From contig CAZPMS010000005.1 in the NCBI GenBank assembly GCA_964588165.1, forward strand, positions 3,411-67,410: a stretch of 64,000 bases of DNA, written 5' to 3'. The DNA comes from an uncultured Gammaproteobacteria bacterium (GTDB taxonomy: Bacteria; Patescibacteriota; Patescibacteriia; UBA1558; UBA10009). Under the pieces are notes generated by a model. That model saw only the letters and a program-made list of their open reading frames with translations. It was not told where the DNA came from and made no database searches. Each line of letters begins with the position of its first letter. Position 1 is the first letter of the stretch. The position numbers and the translations under genes were made by a program. Shown here piece by piece: positions 29,213-38,610 of the stretch.

Positions 29213-29230
29213 TTAGCTATTTCTAGCCAA
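29213..29230. promoter_or_regulatory. Operator-like palindrome TTAGCTA-TTTC-TAGCCAA in the leader of cassette gene 2 (one mismatch from TTGGCTA-N4-TAGCCAA)
   Basis: Lies immediately upstream of the SD on the minus strand. Part of a ~45-nt leader conserved with the gene-3 leader (GATTGTwCATTTCArGTTAAwTTTGGCTArAAATAGCyAAAACA). Confidence 0.4.
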
Positions 29231-29300
29231 ATTTAACTGAAATGAACAATCGCTTTTCCCTTTCAAAATTTACTTCTTTTTGAAATAAACTTTGAAAGGA

Positions 29301-29323
29301 AGGCGAGAAATTCATTCTCGCCT
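29301..29323 (-). terminator. Hairpin aggcgaga-aattcat-tctcgcct, terminator of cassette gene 3 and paralogue of 28801-28823
   Basis: 8-bp stem about 55 nt 3' of the stop codon of the gene at 29380-29661. Confidence 0.45.
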
Positions 29324-29379
29324 TCGAGGTAGAGGAAGACAGGAAATAATTAAATTTATTAGCTCGACGGGGATTTTGA

Positions 29380-29661
29380 TTACTTAACAACCGGCCCTGT
29401 AATCACCTTTTTAATTACAAAATATGTTTGAGGACCAAGTCCAGCTTTGGGCTTCGGTAGCTGAATTTCAAATTTCCTAGGCCCATCAATTAACTGCCTA
29501 ACTTGCGGATTGAGTCTAACTCCGCTCTGCTCAACAGAAAATTTGGTTATAGCGGCTGTCAATTGCCAGATATTTAATTCATGAACAACCAACTGTTCCT
29601 CGGCAAACTTACCATTCTGAAAAATCCAAAAAACAATAGTAAACTTTCGTTTCTGTTCCAT
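29380..29661 (-). CDS. Hypothetical protein. Cassette gene 3, GC-richer orphan with SD CAGGAGAG.
   Basis: 93 aa with no recognised domain. Confidence 0.45.
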   Translation of the reverse strand: MEQKRKFTIVFWIFQNGKFAEEQLVVHELNIWQLTAAITKFSVEQSGVRLNPQVRQLIDGPRKFEIQLPKPKAGLGPQTYFVIKKVITGPVVK

Positions 29662-29678
29662 CTGTCTACTCTCCTGTT

Positions 29679-29696
29679 TTGGCTATTTTTAGCCAA
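29679..29696. promoter_or_regulatory. Perfect palindrome TTGGCTA-TTTT-TAGCCAA in the intergenic region shared by cassette gene 3 and the divergent TrmB-like regulator
   Basis: Perfect 7-4-7 dyad directly abutting the SD of the gene at 29380-29661. Confidence 0.45.
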
Positions 29697-29851
29697 ATTA
29701 ACTTGAAATGTACAATCTTTTCTCTTTAATAAAACATCATAGCTTTTATTCTACGAGTGGCCAATATGACCCTATGGTGATTAATACCACCTTGACTTTA
29801 TTAATAAAAAATACTACCCTAACTATGGATAGTCTATTAATTTTTAAAATA

Positions 29852-30601
29852 ATGTCAGTAGAAATTCTTCAACAACTAGGTCTTTCCCCTAACGAAGCCA
29901 AAATATATGAGGCTCTTTTGGATTTGAATGAATCCGGAGTAGGAGAAATTTCTTCCAAAGCCGAAATTCATCGGAGGAATGTTTATGACGCCATAAATAG
30001 ATTAATTGATAAAGGTTTAATTTTTCCAATCTTAACTAAAGGCGAAAATTTGTATTCACCGGTAGACCCGGGCAAGCTTTCTGAACTTATTAAAGAAAAA
30101 GAAGTGGGCTTAGAAAAAATAATGCCTGATTTAAGAAAACGTTACGAAGAAAGAGTAGCCAAACAAGAAGCCTACATGTACAAAGGCCTGGAAGGTTTTA
30201 AAAATTACATGCGAGATATTTTAAGAGTTGGCGAGGATGTTTATTTTATCGGGGCCAAACTGGGCTGGTTTGACCCAAGAATAAAAATATTTACCGAACA
30301 ATTTTTAAAAGAAGCTAAGCGCAAAGAGATCACTTTTCATCATATTTTTGATGTTATTGTTAAAGAAAAGGGTAAAGATATTATAAAAAATTTAGAAACA
30401 CCACATAAATTTATGCCAGCCGAATACTCAACCGAATCAGCTGTAGATATTTTTGGTGATTATGTAGTAACCTTTACTGGCTTGGATCTTAAAAAGATTG
30501 ATGTCGGGGTTACTATGTTTGTTTTAAAAGACCAAAAATTAGCAGAAAGTTATAAAACTTGGTTTAAATTCATTTATGATAAATGTCCTGAAATCAATTA
30601 A
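29852..30601 (+). CDS. TrmB-family transcriptional regulator (winged HTH). The start is uncertain and the track ORF begins at 29708.
   Basis: LGLSPNEAKIYEALLDLNESGVGEISSKAEIHRRNVYDAINRLIDKGLI is a typical TrmB N-terminal wHTH. Met49 of the track ORF, placing the HTH near the N-terminus, was chosen as the most likely start. Confidence 0.6.
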   Translation: MSVEILQQLGLSPNEAKIYEALLDLNESGVGEISSKAEIHRRNVYDAINRLIDKGLIFPILTKGENLYSPVDPGKLSELIKEKEVGLEKIMPDLRKRYEERVAKQEAYMYKGLEGFKNYMRDILRVGEDVYFIGAKLGWFDPRIKIFTEQFLKEAKRKEITFHHIFDVIVKEKGKDIIKNLETPHKFMPAEYSTESAVDIFGDYVVTFTGLDLKKIDVGVTMFVLKDQKLAESYKTWFKFIYDKCPEIN

Positions 30602-30610
30602 TTCAACTCT

Positions 30611-31009
30611 ATGAAAATTTACTGCCTAAGGCTAAGGCCGGGACAAGATTTAAAAAAAGAATTAGCAAATTTTGTGGTGGAAAAAAATATTCAAGCCGGC
30701 TTTATAGTTACTACTGTCGGTAGTTTTAAAAAGGCTTGTTTAAGAATGGCTAATGGAAAAGAAACTAAAATTTTTAAAAAAAAGTTTGAAATAACTTCAC
30801 TGGTTGGCACACTTTGTAAAGATGGGCTGCACTTACACGTAAGCTTATCAGATAAAAAAGGAAGGTGTTTAGGCGGGCACTTAAAAGATGGTTGTATAAT
30901 ATATACCACCGCAGAGATTATTATTGGTGATAGTACTGACTACGTTTTTACCAGAAAATTTGATTCCCAAACAAATTTTAAAGAACTTATTATAAAAAAC
31001 AATGATTGA
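30611..31009 (+). CDS. DUF296 / PPC-domain protein
   Basis: 132 aa. The pattern RLRPGQDL ... GSFKKACLR ... FEITSLVGTL ... GLHLHVSLSD..G...GGHL is characteristic of the PPC (DUF296) fold. Confidence 0.6.
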   Translation: MKIYCLRLRPGQDLKKELANFVVEKNIQAGFIVTTVGSFKKACLRMANGKETKIFKKKFEITSLVGTLCKDGLHLHVSLSDKKGRCLGGHLKDGCIIYTTAEIIIGDSTDYVFTRKFDSQTNFKELIIKNND

Positions 31010-31418
31010 TAAACTATTTGTAGCCACTAAAGCCTTTATAGTTTTTGATGGTAAAATTTTAATCCTTAAAGAGTCAGCCAAATATGCAGATGGTGCCAAT
31101 GCCGGAAGATTTGATGTGGTTGGTGGTAGAGTAAACCCCGGTGAAAGATTTGATGAAGGTTTAAAAAGAGAAACCAAAGAAGAAACCGGACTTGATGTTG
31201 AAATCGGCAAGCCTTTTTTTGCCAATGAGTGGCGTCCGGTTGTACGAGGAGAGTATTGGCAGATTGTGGGCATGTTCTTTGAATGCCAAGCCAATGCTGA
31301 TAAAGTTACCCTAAGCGACGATCATGATGAATTTAAATGGATTAATCCAGATGATTTTAAAAAATATAATTTAATTGATAATCTAATACCGGCTTTTAGT
31401 GCCTATTTAAACAAATAA
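31002..31418 (+). CDS. NUDIX hydrolase
   Basis: Nudix box GGRVNPGERFDEGLKRETKEETGLDV. Confidence 0.8.
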   Translation: MIDKLFVATKAFIVFDGKILILKESAKYADGANAGRFDVVGGRVNPGERFDEGLKRETKEETGLDVEIGKPFFANEWRPVVRGEYWQIVGMFFECQANADKVTLSDDHDEFKWINPDDFKKYNLIDNLIPAFSAYLNK

Positions 31419-31485
31419 CACCAAAAAGGGCCCTTAAAAAGGGCTTTTAAAATTGGCTTAAAAGTGTTAAAATTAGCCTATTAAT

Positions 31486-33882
31486 ATGGCAAAAAAACGC
31501 AAACGTAAATATAAAAAAAGGAAGAAAAAAGATGAGCTGGATGAATTTGAAAGTCTTGTTTCTTCAGAAACAAAAAAAAGCATAGCTATTATTATCATTT
31601 TGGTGATAGCTTTTTTAACCATACTCTCTTTATTTGATCTAGCCGGAGCATTTGGCGGTTTTATTAAACAAGCCATGGGCTCAATTTTAGGCTGGGGCCT
31701 TTTTATTTTCCCCATTATCCTCCTTATTTTAGGTTACTATATGCTAAGGCCGGAAAAATACCAAATAAAGCCCAGCAATTACTTAGGATTTTTTCTGCTT
31801 ATTTTAAGCTACTCCGGAATTTTCCAATTTATTAAAGATTTTAATATAGACACTTTCTACACCACAAACTCTGGTGGTGGATTCTTAGGCTTTTTTATTT
31901 TTATGCCCCTGCAAAAAATTATGGGTTCTTGGGCAGGCCTAATTGTTCTGTTGGCTCTTTTATTTATATCTATCCTGATCTCCTTTAATACCAGCCTTGG
32001 CAGTATGGCTAAAAAACTTAACTTTATTAAATTAATTAAAAGCCGGATTACATCTGATCAAGATGAAGAAGACTGGGAATCCGATGAAGACCAAATAGAG
32101 CCGGATGAAGAAGACTGGGAAGGAGAAGCAGAGGAAGATGAAGAAGAATCCTCTGATGACTCCGAAGAAGAGGAAACTGAATTTACCAAGAAAAAAATTC
32201 AACCGACAAAAATCAAAAAAACCAAAGGCAGCATCCCGGATGGTATCAATGTCACTTTTGCCCAAGGTAAAAACCAAAGAGTAGAGGTTCCCTTAAGCTT
32301 TCTGGAATCCAGGAAAGGCAAGCCCACCAGTGGCGATATTAAAAACAATATAGAAATTATTGAGGCAACTTTAGAAAACTTCGGTATCCCGGTAGAAATG
32401 GGAGAAGTAAACGTAGGCCCAACAGTTACCCAATTTACCCTTAAGCCACATCAAGGAATTAAACTTTCTAGGATAACCGGTCTGCAAAATGATCTGGCCC
32501 TAGCATTAGCTGCTCACCCTATTAGAATCGAAGCTCCTATACCTAAAAAATCCTTGGTTGGCATAGAAGTGCCGAATCAAAGCATAGCCATTGTAAAATT
32601 AAAAGATGTTTTAACCAGCAAACAATTTGCAAAAAAGAAAGCTAACCTTAAAATATGCTTAGGAGAGGATGTCAGCGGAAAATCATGGGTGGCCGACTTA
32701 ACCTCCATGCCTCATATGCTAATTGCCGGCGCTACCGGTTCTGGAAAATCAGTTTGCATTAATAACGTTATTATCAGTTTGTTATACCAATACTCACCTC
32801 AACAGCTAAGGTTGATTATGGTAGACCCTAAAAAAGTTGAACTAACTAATTACAACGGCATCCCCCATCTTTTAACTCCTGTAATTACTGAAGTTGATAA
32901 AACCATCAATGCCTTAAGGTGGGCTGTTAAAGAAATGGATGAAAGGTTTAGGCTGTTAAATTCCGTAGGCAAAAGAAATATCGAAGCCTACAACAGCAGT
33001 GTTTTAATTAATAAACTGCCTTATATAGTAATAATTATAGATGAATTGGCCGATTTAATGGCTGTAGCTGCCAGAGATGTAGAGGCAGCTATTGTCAGGC
33101 TTTCCCAAATGGCCAGAGCAGTGGGCATCCACTTAGTAGTGGCTACCCAAAGGCCTTCAGTTAATGTAATTACCGGCCTAATTAAAGCTAATGTACCGGC
33201 CAGGATTGCCTTTGCAGTAGCTTCTTCAGTTGATTCCAGGACTATTCTAGATTCATCTGGTGCTGAAAAACTTTTAGGAAAGGGCGATTTGCTATTTACT
33301 ACAGCAGAAATATCAAAGCCACGTAGAATTCAAGGAGCCTATCTTTCGGATGAAGAAATTGAACGTGTAATTAATTTTTGGCAATCACAGGCTGATCCTG
33401 ACTATGTTGATGATGTTACCGAAGGCCAAAGCCGTTTTGCCGCTCCAGGCTTTAGCGGTTCCGATAACGGCGATGAGCTCTTAGAAGAGGCTAAAGATGT
33501 AGTTATGAAAGCTGGTAAAGCTTCTGCCTCCTTATTACAAAGACGCTTAAGAGTTGGCTATGCCAGGGCCGCCAGAATTTTAGATCTCTTGGAAGAAATG
33601 GGAATTATTGGCCCGGCCGAAGGAGCTAAGCCCAGAGAAATTTTAATAAGCGATGATGAAATATTAGGCATCCCAACGGAAACCACCGAGGCTTACAATG
33701 AAGAAGAATCCGAGGATGATAATGATGACGATGATTCAGCTGAACTAGATGAAGATGAACCTGATGACGAGGACAATCAAGACGATGAGATCGAAGAAGA
33801 AGAAATTGATGATGAAGACGAGGAAGGAACCGATGAGCCTGATGAAGATGATGAAGAGGAAAAAGAAGAAAACTCAAAATAA
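31486..33882 (+). CDS. ftsK: DNA translocase FtsK
   Basis: 798 aa with N-terminal TM helices, an acidic linker, a RecA-like motor (LIAGATGSGKSV) and a gamma-like wHTH (LLQRRLRVGYARAARILDLLEEMGIIGP). An ~85-residue D/E-rich C-terminal tail is unusual. Confidence 0.9.
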   Translation: MAKKRKRKYKKRKKKDELDEFESLVSSETKKSIAIIIILVIAFLTILSLFDLAGAFGGFIKQAMGSILGWGLFIFPIILLILGYYMLRPEKYQIKPSNYLGFFLLILSYSGIFQFIKDFNIDTFYTTNSGGGFLGFFIFMPLQKIMGSWAGLIVLLALLFISILISFNTSLGSMAKKLNFIKLIKSRITSDQDEEDWESDEDQIEPDEEDWEGEAEEDEEESSDDSEEEETEFTKKKIQPTKIKKTKGSIPDGINVTFAQGKNQRVEVPLSFLESRKGKPTSGDIKNNIEIIEATLENFGIPVEMGEVNVGPTVTQFTLKPHQGIKLSRITGLQNDLALALAAHPIRIEAPIPKKSLVGIEVPNQSIAIVKLKDVLTSKQFAKKKANLKICLGEDVSGKSWVADLTSMPHMLIAGATGSGKSVCINNVIISLLYQYSPQQLRLIMVDPKKVELTNYNGIPHLLTPVITEVDKTINALRWAVKEMDERFRLLNSVGKRNIEAYNSSVLINKLPYIVIIIDELADLMAVAARDVEAAIVRLSQMARAVGIHLVVATQRPSVNVITGLIKANVPARIAFAVASSVDSRTILDSSGAEKLLGKGDLLFTTAEISKPRRIQGAYLSDEEIERVINFWQSQADPDYVDDVTEGQSRFAAPGFSGSDNGDELLEEAKDVVMKAGKASASLLQRRLRVGYARAARILDLLEEMGIIGPAEGAKPREILISDDEILGIPTETTEAYNEEESEDDNDDDDSAELDEDEPDDEDNQDDEIEEEEIDDEDEEGTDEPDEDDEEEKEENSK

Positions 33883-33941
33883 AAATAAAATAGTAACTAA
33901 AAAGTTAAAAATTATCTTTTAACTCTATTTTTACATCTACT

Positions 33942-34670
33942 ATGACCGGCTTCATTCAAAAAAAATTACCAACCACTAAAAGCTTGCCCGAAATTATTAA
34001 AGAAGAAAGGCAAAAACATGGGCTTACAGTTGAACAACTATCTTTTAAAACTAAAATTTCTGTCAAATACCTAGAAGCTTTTGAAAAGGGCCACTACCAA
34101 CTTTTACCGGGTGAAGTTTATACTAAACAATTTATTAAAAATCTGGCAAAACTTTTTCATCTCAATGAAAAAAATCTTCAAAACATCTACCAAAAAGAAA
34201 AAAAGAGCCAGCCAACTTTAATAAATATAAACCGGCATCCTAAAAAAGAACTAAAAACCGGCCACTGGCTTTCTCCAAAAAGCATCAGAAATTTTTTAAT
34301 CGTACTTATTATTATTGCTTTCAGCAGTTATTTTGGTTTTGAAATTAAAAATATTTTCACTCCCCCGTCTTTAGAAATATATTCACCCCTAAGCCAAACA
34401 ATTACCACCGAATCCAATATAGAAATTAAAGGCAAAACCGAACCCGAAAGTACTGTTTTAATAAACCAGCAAGAAATCCTTACAGACCCAGAAGGCAATT
34501 TTACCCAAATAGTGGATTTGACTATTGGCTTAAATGTCTTTAAAATTTCAGCAGGTAAAAAACACAGTAAAATAAATGAAATTACCATTTCTATACTTAG
34601 AAAGCCCTCTATAACTGCGGGGGCAAATCTAGAAATAGGAGGAAATCAGCACAGGGTTGTTAATAATTAA
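33942..34670 (+). CDS. RodZ-like helix-turn-helix membrane protein
   Basis: N-terminal XRE-type HTH ([23 protein letters not shown]) followed by a single TM and a beta-rich C-terminus, as in RodZ. Confidence 0.55.
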   Translation: MTGFIQKKLPTTKSLPEIIKEERQKHGLTVEQLSFKTKISVKYLEAFEKGHYQLLPGEVYTKQFIKNLAKLFHLNEKNLQNIYQKEKKSQPTLININRHPKKELKTGHWLSPKSIRNFLIVLIIIAFSSYFGFEIKNIFTPPSLEIYSPLSQTITTESNIEIKGKTEPESTVLINQQEILTDPEGNFTQIVDLTIGLNVFKISAGKKHSKINEITISILRKPSITAGANLEIGGNQHRVVNN

Positions 34671-34681
34671 ACAACGATTTT

Positions 34682-35710
34682 ATGTCAAAAAATGAAGAAA
34701 AAGACCTAAAAAAAGAGCAAAGCTCAAAAAAAACAGAAGCAGCCAGCCAGGCTATTGAACAAATCAGGGACAAATTTGGCGAGGGTTCCATAATGAAATT
34801 CGGTGACGCCAAATCGCTTAATATAGAAGCCGTGCCTACCGGCTGCCTTTCATTAGATATTGCCTTAGGCGTAGGCGGGGTGCCAAGAGGCAGAATTATT
34901 GAAATCTATGGACCGGAAGCTTCCGGCAAAACCACTCTTTCTCAACACATTGCATCTGAAGTCCAAAAAATGGGCGGTACAGCCGCTTTTATTGATGCTG
35001 AGCATGCTCTGGATCCGGAATATGCAAAAAAAATAGGTATTAATGTAGATGAACTTTTAATCTCCCAGCCGGATACCGGCGAGCAGGCTCTGGAAATTGC
35101 TGAAACCTTAGTTAGATCCAATGCCGTTGATGTGGTAGTAATTGATTCAGTAGCCGCATTGGTGCCAAAAGCAGAAATTGAAGGGGAGATGGGTGATAGG
35201 CATGTAGCCCTGCAAGCCAGATTAATGAGCCAAGCTTTAAGGAAACTTTCCGGCATAATTTCTAAAACCAATACCGTGGTTATCTTTATTAACCAGATTA
35301 GATTAAAGATTGGCGTCTTCTTTGGCAACCCGGAAACCACACCTGGAGGCATGGCCTTAAAATTTTATTCTTCAGTTAGAATAGAAGTAAGGCGGGCTGC
35401 CCAAATTAAAAAAGGCGACCAGATTATCGGCAATCGGGTAAAAGCCAAAGTGGTTAAAAATAAAGTGGCCGCTCCCTTTAAGAATACCGAATTTGATATT
35501 ATGTATAATGAGGGTATTTCCATTAGTGGCGATGCTTTAGATACCGGCGTTAATCTGGGCGTTCTAAGCAAATCAGGCAATACTTATTCTTATGGTGAAA
35601 CCAAACTTGGCGTTGGCCGAGAAAATGCCAAACAATTCCTGCGAGAAAATCCTAAAATGATTGCTGAAATAAAAAAGAAAGTTTGGGATAAAGTGAAATC
35701 GGAAGAATAA
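34682..35710 (+). CDS. recA: Recombinase RecA
   Basis: 342 aa with Walker [11 protein letters not shown] and L1/L2 loop regions conserved. Confidence 0.98.
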   Translation: MSKNEEKDLKKEQSSKKTEAASQAIEQIRDKFGEGSIMKFGDAKSLNIEAVPTGCLSLDIALGVGGVPRGRIIEIYGPEASGKTTLSQHIASEVQKMGGTAAFIDAEHALDPEYAKKIGINVDELLISQPDTGEQALEIAETLVRSNAVDVVVIDSVAALVPKAEIEGEMGDRHVALQARLMSQALRKLSGIISKTNTVVIFINQIRLKIGVFFGNPETTPGGMALKFYSSVRIEVRRAAQIKKGDQIIGNRVKAKVVKNKVAAPFKNTEFDIMYNEGISISGDALDTGVNLGVLSKSGNTYSYGETKLGVGRENAKQFLRENPKMIAEIKKKVWDKVKSEE

Positions 35711-35728
35711 AAAAATAATATATCTTTA

Positions 35729-35760
35729 AAACCGATTTACTAAATGTGAATCGGTTTTTG
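35729..35760 (+). terminator. Rho-independent terminator after recA (aaccga..tcggtt + T5)
   Basis: Hairpin plus a U-tract about 20 nt after the stop. Confidence 0.55.
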
Positions 35761-36092
35761 TTTTAAAAATAATGATATTTAATATTAAAAATGAATTGAT
35801 TTCTGCGAGTCTTGAAAAATTTATAGAATTTGGAGCGGTAAGCAAAAAATAGAATTTTCTTTTGTTTGACGAACTAAGCCCGAGCCTAAACTAAGGCGAA
35901 GGGCGAAGGAGGAGTTAGAAAATTCCTTTGCTGAAGTAAACAAATTCCTTAAATTTTTCGTGGCTCGCGCTTTTGGCACCACCTTTTCTAAAAAGGTGGT
36001 ATAAAACTAGAAACTAACAAAAAAATAAGTAAACAAAAACCCGCTTTCAAAAGAAAACGGGTATAAAATACAAACATAATTTGTAAATCAAA

Positions 36093-37562
36093 ATGAAATA
36101 CGGAAACTGGCTAAACCTCTGCTTTATTGTTAAAATAACCTTATTATTTATGGAACAAACTAAAAAAATCGCCCGCAACACAATTTGGCAGGTAATTGGT
36201 AAAATAATCGGAACTGCCCTTGGAGTTGTAACTATTGGTTTACTCACCAGATACTTAGGTACAGAAGATTTTGGCCTCTACACCACAGCCGTAGCTTTTA
36301 TGCAGTTTTTTGGCGTGCTGGTAGATATGGGCCTATATTTGATTTGCCTTAAAGAAATCTCAGCCAAGCCGGACAAAGAAAACTTTATATTAAGTAATAT
36401 TTTCACCATAAGAGTAATTTCAGCCATCATATTTATGGGCGGCGGTACACTGCTAATTTTCTTATTCCCCTACCCAATGGTGGTAAAACTTTCGGCTGCT
36501 ATTGTCAGTTTGTCATTCTTTTTCATGACGTTGGTACAGACTTTGACATCAGTTTTCCAAAAATATTTAAAAATGGGCCAAGTGGCCATAGCTGAAGTTG
36601 TTGGTAGGTTTGGTTTTTTAATTGTGATTCTGCTTTTTGTTTTTTATAAAGGAAATCTGCCAGCCTTAATGTGGGGCAATGTTGTAAATACCTTTATTTA
36701 TTTTATTATCCTTTGGTTTTTAATAAAACGATACGTAAAAATTAAATGGGCCTGGGATTTTGAATATTGGAAAGTGGTTTTTAAAAAAAGCTGGCCCATT
36801 GCCCTAGGCGTTGCTTTTAATTTAGTCTATTTTAGAGCTGATACTATTATCCTTTCTTTATTTAAACCAGCAACTGATGTAGGAATATATGGCGCCCCTT
36901 ACAAAATCCTGGAAATTATTGCCACCTTCCCCCATATGTTTATGGGGCTGGTTATGGCACCTCTAACTGCCGCCTGGATTGCCGGCAATTTAGATAAATT
37001 TAAAAACATTACCCAAAAAACTTTTGACTTTTTTATAATCATTCTGGTGCCGATGGTTTTGGGTACTCTACCGCTGGCTGGAGGCATTATGAAACTAATT
37101 GCTGGGGAAGAATTTACAGTTTCTGGTCCGATCCTTTCCATATTGATGCTGGCCACCGGTATTATCTTTTTAGGAATTTTGATGACCTATATAATTGTGA
37201 TTTTAGATAAGCAAAAAGCTATGCTTAAATATTTTTTAATAGCAGCGATCCTAGCTTTAATCGGCTACTTTATTTTTATCCCTAAATATTCTTACTTTGG
37301 CGCTGCCTGGGTAACGGTGGTTATAGAAGGCTTTATTGTAATAACCTCATGGTTGATATTTTATAAATATGCCAAAATTAAACTTTCCTTAAAAATCTTT
37401 TTCAAAAGCCTGGTGGCCGGATTGATTATGATGCTGGCTATTTACCAACTGCCTGGCTTGCATATTTTATTAAATATCCTAATTGGAGCTGTAATTTATG
37501 GCTTAATTATGATAATTACAAAAGGAATTGACAAAAAATTGCTTAGTGATATAGTCAAATAG
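36093..37562 (+). CDS. Polysaccharide/oligosaccharide flippase (MOP superfamily, Wzx/MurJ-like). The probable true start is the internal Met near 36150.
   Basis: 489 aa with about 12-14 TM helices and an N-terminal ARNTIWQVIGKIIG motif typical of Wzx-type flippases. Confidence 0.65.
   Translation: MKYGNWLNLCFIVKITLLFMEQTKKIARNTIWQVIGKIIGTALGVVTIGLLTRYLGTEDFGLYTTAVAFMQFFGVLVDMGLYLICLKEISAKPDKENFILSNIFTIRVISAIIFMGGGTLLIFLFPYPMVVKLSAAIVSLSFFFMTLVQTLTSVFQKYLKMGQVAIAEVVGRFGFLIVILLFVFYKGNLPALMWGNVVNTFIYFIILWFLIKRYVKIKWAWDFEYWKVVFKKSWPIALGVAFNLVYFRADTIILSLFKPATDVGIYGAPYKILEIIATFPHMFMGLVMAPLTAAWIAGNLDKFKNITQKTFDFFIIILVPMVLGTLPLAGGIMKLIAGEEFTVSGPILSILMLATGIIFLGILMTYIIVILDKQKAMLKYFLIAAILALIGYFIFIPKYSYFGAAWVTVVIEGFIVITSWLIFYKYAKIKLSLKIFFKSLVAGLIMMLAIYQLPGLHILLNILIGAVIYGLIMIITKGIDKKLLSDIVK
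37528..37555 (+). promoter_or_regulatory. Promoter TTGACA-16 nt-TATAGT embedded in the 3' end of the flippase gene. It is duplicated at 38121-38148.
   Basis: A 32-bp identical string ATTGACAAAAAATTGCTTAGTGATATAGTCAA occurs at both positions, each about 40-45 nt upstream of a small membrane protein gene. Confidence 0.45.
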
Positions 37563-37597
37563 ATTTTCGCACTTTCAAAACCACAAAGGAGATAGAG

Positions 37598-38071
37598 ATG
37601 TCTGAAATTGCCACAGGCTCCGCATCTGTAGTAAGTGAAGGCGAGATGAACTTTTGGTTATTGTTTGTGTCGCTCGCAACCGTTATTCTTTGTACCGGCT
37701 ATGCCTTTTTCCCTGGTAGTTTTGTTAATATGAATCTGTACATAAGTGCCGGATTATTTCTTTTTGAAGGCGTAATGGTTCATACCAAACTAAACTCCCT
37801 CTATAAAACCCTCTTCAAAGAGAATGAGTGGCAAAGCGGCATGAAATCTAAAATACTAAAAGATGAAATGGCAAAATGCGTATCAATCTCAAACTTTATA
37901 ATGATAATAACTGCAATCATTGTCAGTGGACATTTTCTCCATTTGCTCTTTGGCTTCTTTGGCCTTGAAGTTAACTGGCTGCCCAAGGTCTTTATTTCAT
38001 TCGGAGTTATTATTAACTTAATTTTCTACTACCTATTGTTTTACCCGCTGCTAAATAGGGCTAGAAGTTAG
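37598..38071 (+). CDS. Small 4-TM membrane protein, paralog 1
   Basis: 157 aa with SD AAGGAG. Weak similarity to the next gene (YAF...AGLFLFEG vs YAF...SGLLFAIEG). Confidence 0.5.
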   Translation: MSEIATGSASVVSEGEMNFWLLFVSLATVILCTGYAFFPGSFVNMNLYISAGLFLFEGVMVHTKLNSLYKTLFKENEWQSGMKSKILKDEMAKCVSISNFIMIITAIIVSGHFLHLLFGFFGLEVNWLPKVFISFGVIINLIFYYLLFYPLLNRARS

Positions 38072-38086
38072 TTTAACCTAATAACC

Positions 38087-38112
38087 AACCGTTCAACATT
38101 GAACGGTTTTTT
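38087..38112 (+). terminator. Terminator (ccgttcaa..ttgaacgg + T6). It is duplicated at 38583-38610.
   Basis: Seen directly. Confidence 0.65.
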
Positions 38113-38120
38113 ATTAAAAA

Positions 38121-38148
38121 TTGACAAAAAATTGCTTAGTGATATAGT
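38121..38148 (+). promoter_or_regulatory. Duplicated copy of the TTGACA-16-TATAGT promoter
   Basis: Identical 32-bp string as at 37527-37558. Confidence 0.45.
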
Positions 38149-38187
38149 CAAGTAAATAGTAACTTAACATAACCTAAGGAGAGAACT

Positions 38188-38547
38188 ATGTGGAAACTTG
38201 GAGTGGTCCTCAGCTTGCTAGCCATGATTATCTGCGGCGTCTATGCTTTCGGCATTATTAATCTCCCCCCGGCAATCAGCGGCTTGTTATTTGCCATTGA
38301 AGGTAGTGTAATCACCGTTCTACTTATCAAAGAATCTAAGGCTAATGATGAGCCATTCACTAAATTCACTCTTGCTGCAATAGCCTTTTTCTGCGGATTT
38401 CTGACCGTTGCCATTGTCGGCTGTCATTTTTGGAAGCCACAACTTTTTGCCAGCGCAGGCTTTATAATTAAACTGATTATTTATCTTATAATTACATCGC
38501 TTCCTAAGCCTACGCCACTTCCTGGTACTGAAAAATTTTCAAACTAA
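38188..38547 (+). CDS. Small 4-TM membrane protein, paralog 2
   Basis: 119 aa with SD AAGGAGAG. Confidence 0.5.
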   Translation: MWKLGVVLSLLAMIICGVYAFGIINLPPAISGLLFAIEGSVITVLLIKESKANDEPFTKFTLAAIAFFCGFLTVAIVGCHFWKPQLFASAGFIIKLIIYLIITSLPKPTPLPGTEKFSN

Positions 38548-38582
38548 CTAAAGAAGCAGTCATCTGCTTAAAACTAACATTC

Positions 38583-38610
38583 AACCGTTCAACTCTGAAC
38601 GGTTTTTTAT
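38583..38610 (+). terminator. Terminator (ccgttca-actc-tgaacgg + T6)
   Basis: Paralogous to 38087-38112. Confidence 0.65.

Noticed and set aside
28277-29851. Integron gene-cassette (attC) interpretation of the three-gene orphan cluster
   Set aside because: There is no intI-like integrase nearby. The putative core sites do not fit GTTRRRY consistently: GTTAAAT fits for one copy and GTTAATT does not for the other. Each gene also has its own SD and operator, which fits a regulon better. This is kept only as a remote alternative.
35761-36092. RNase P, SRP (4.5S), tmRNA or 6S RNA in the recA-flippase gap
   Set aside because: No match by eye to the conserved cores, such as RNase P AGGAAAGUCCGGGCUCC-like P4 elements or the SRP domain IV GGAA/AGCAG motifs. 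The question is left open for an Rfam scan.
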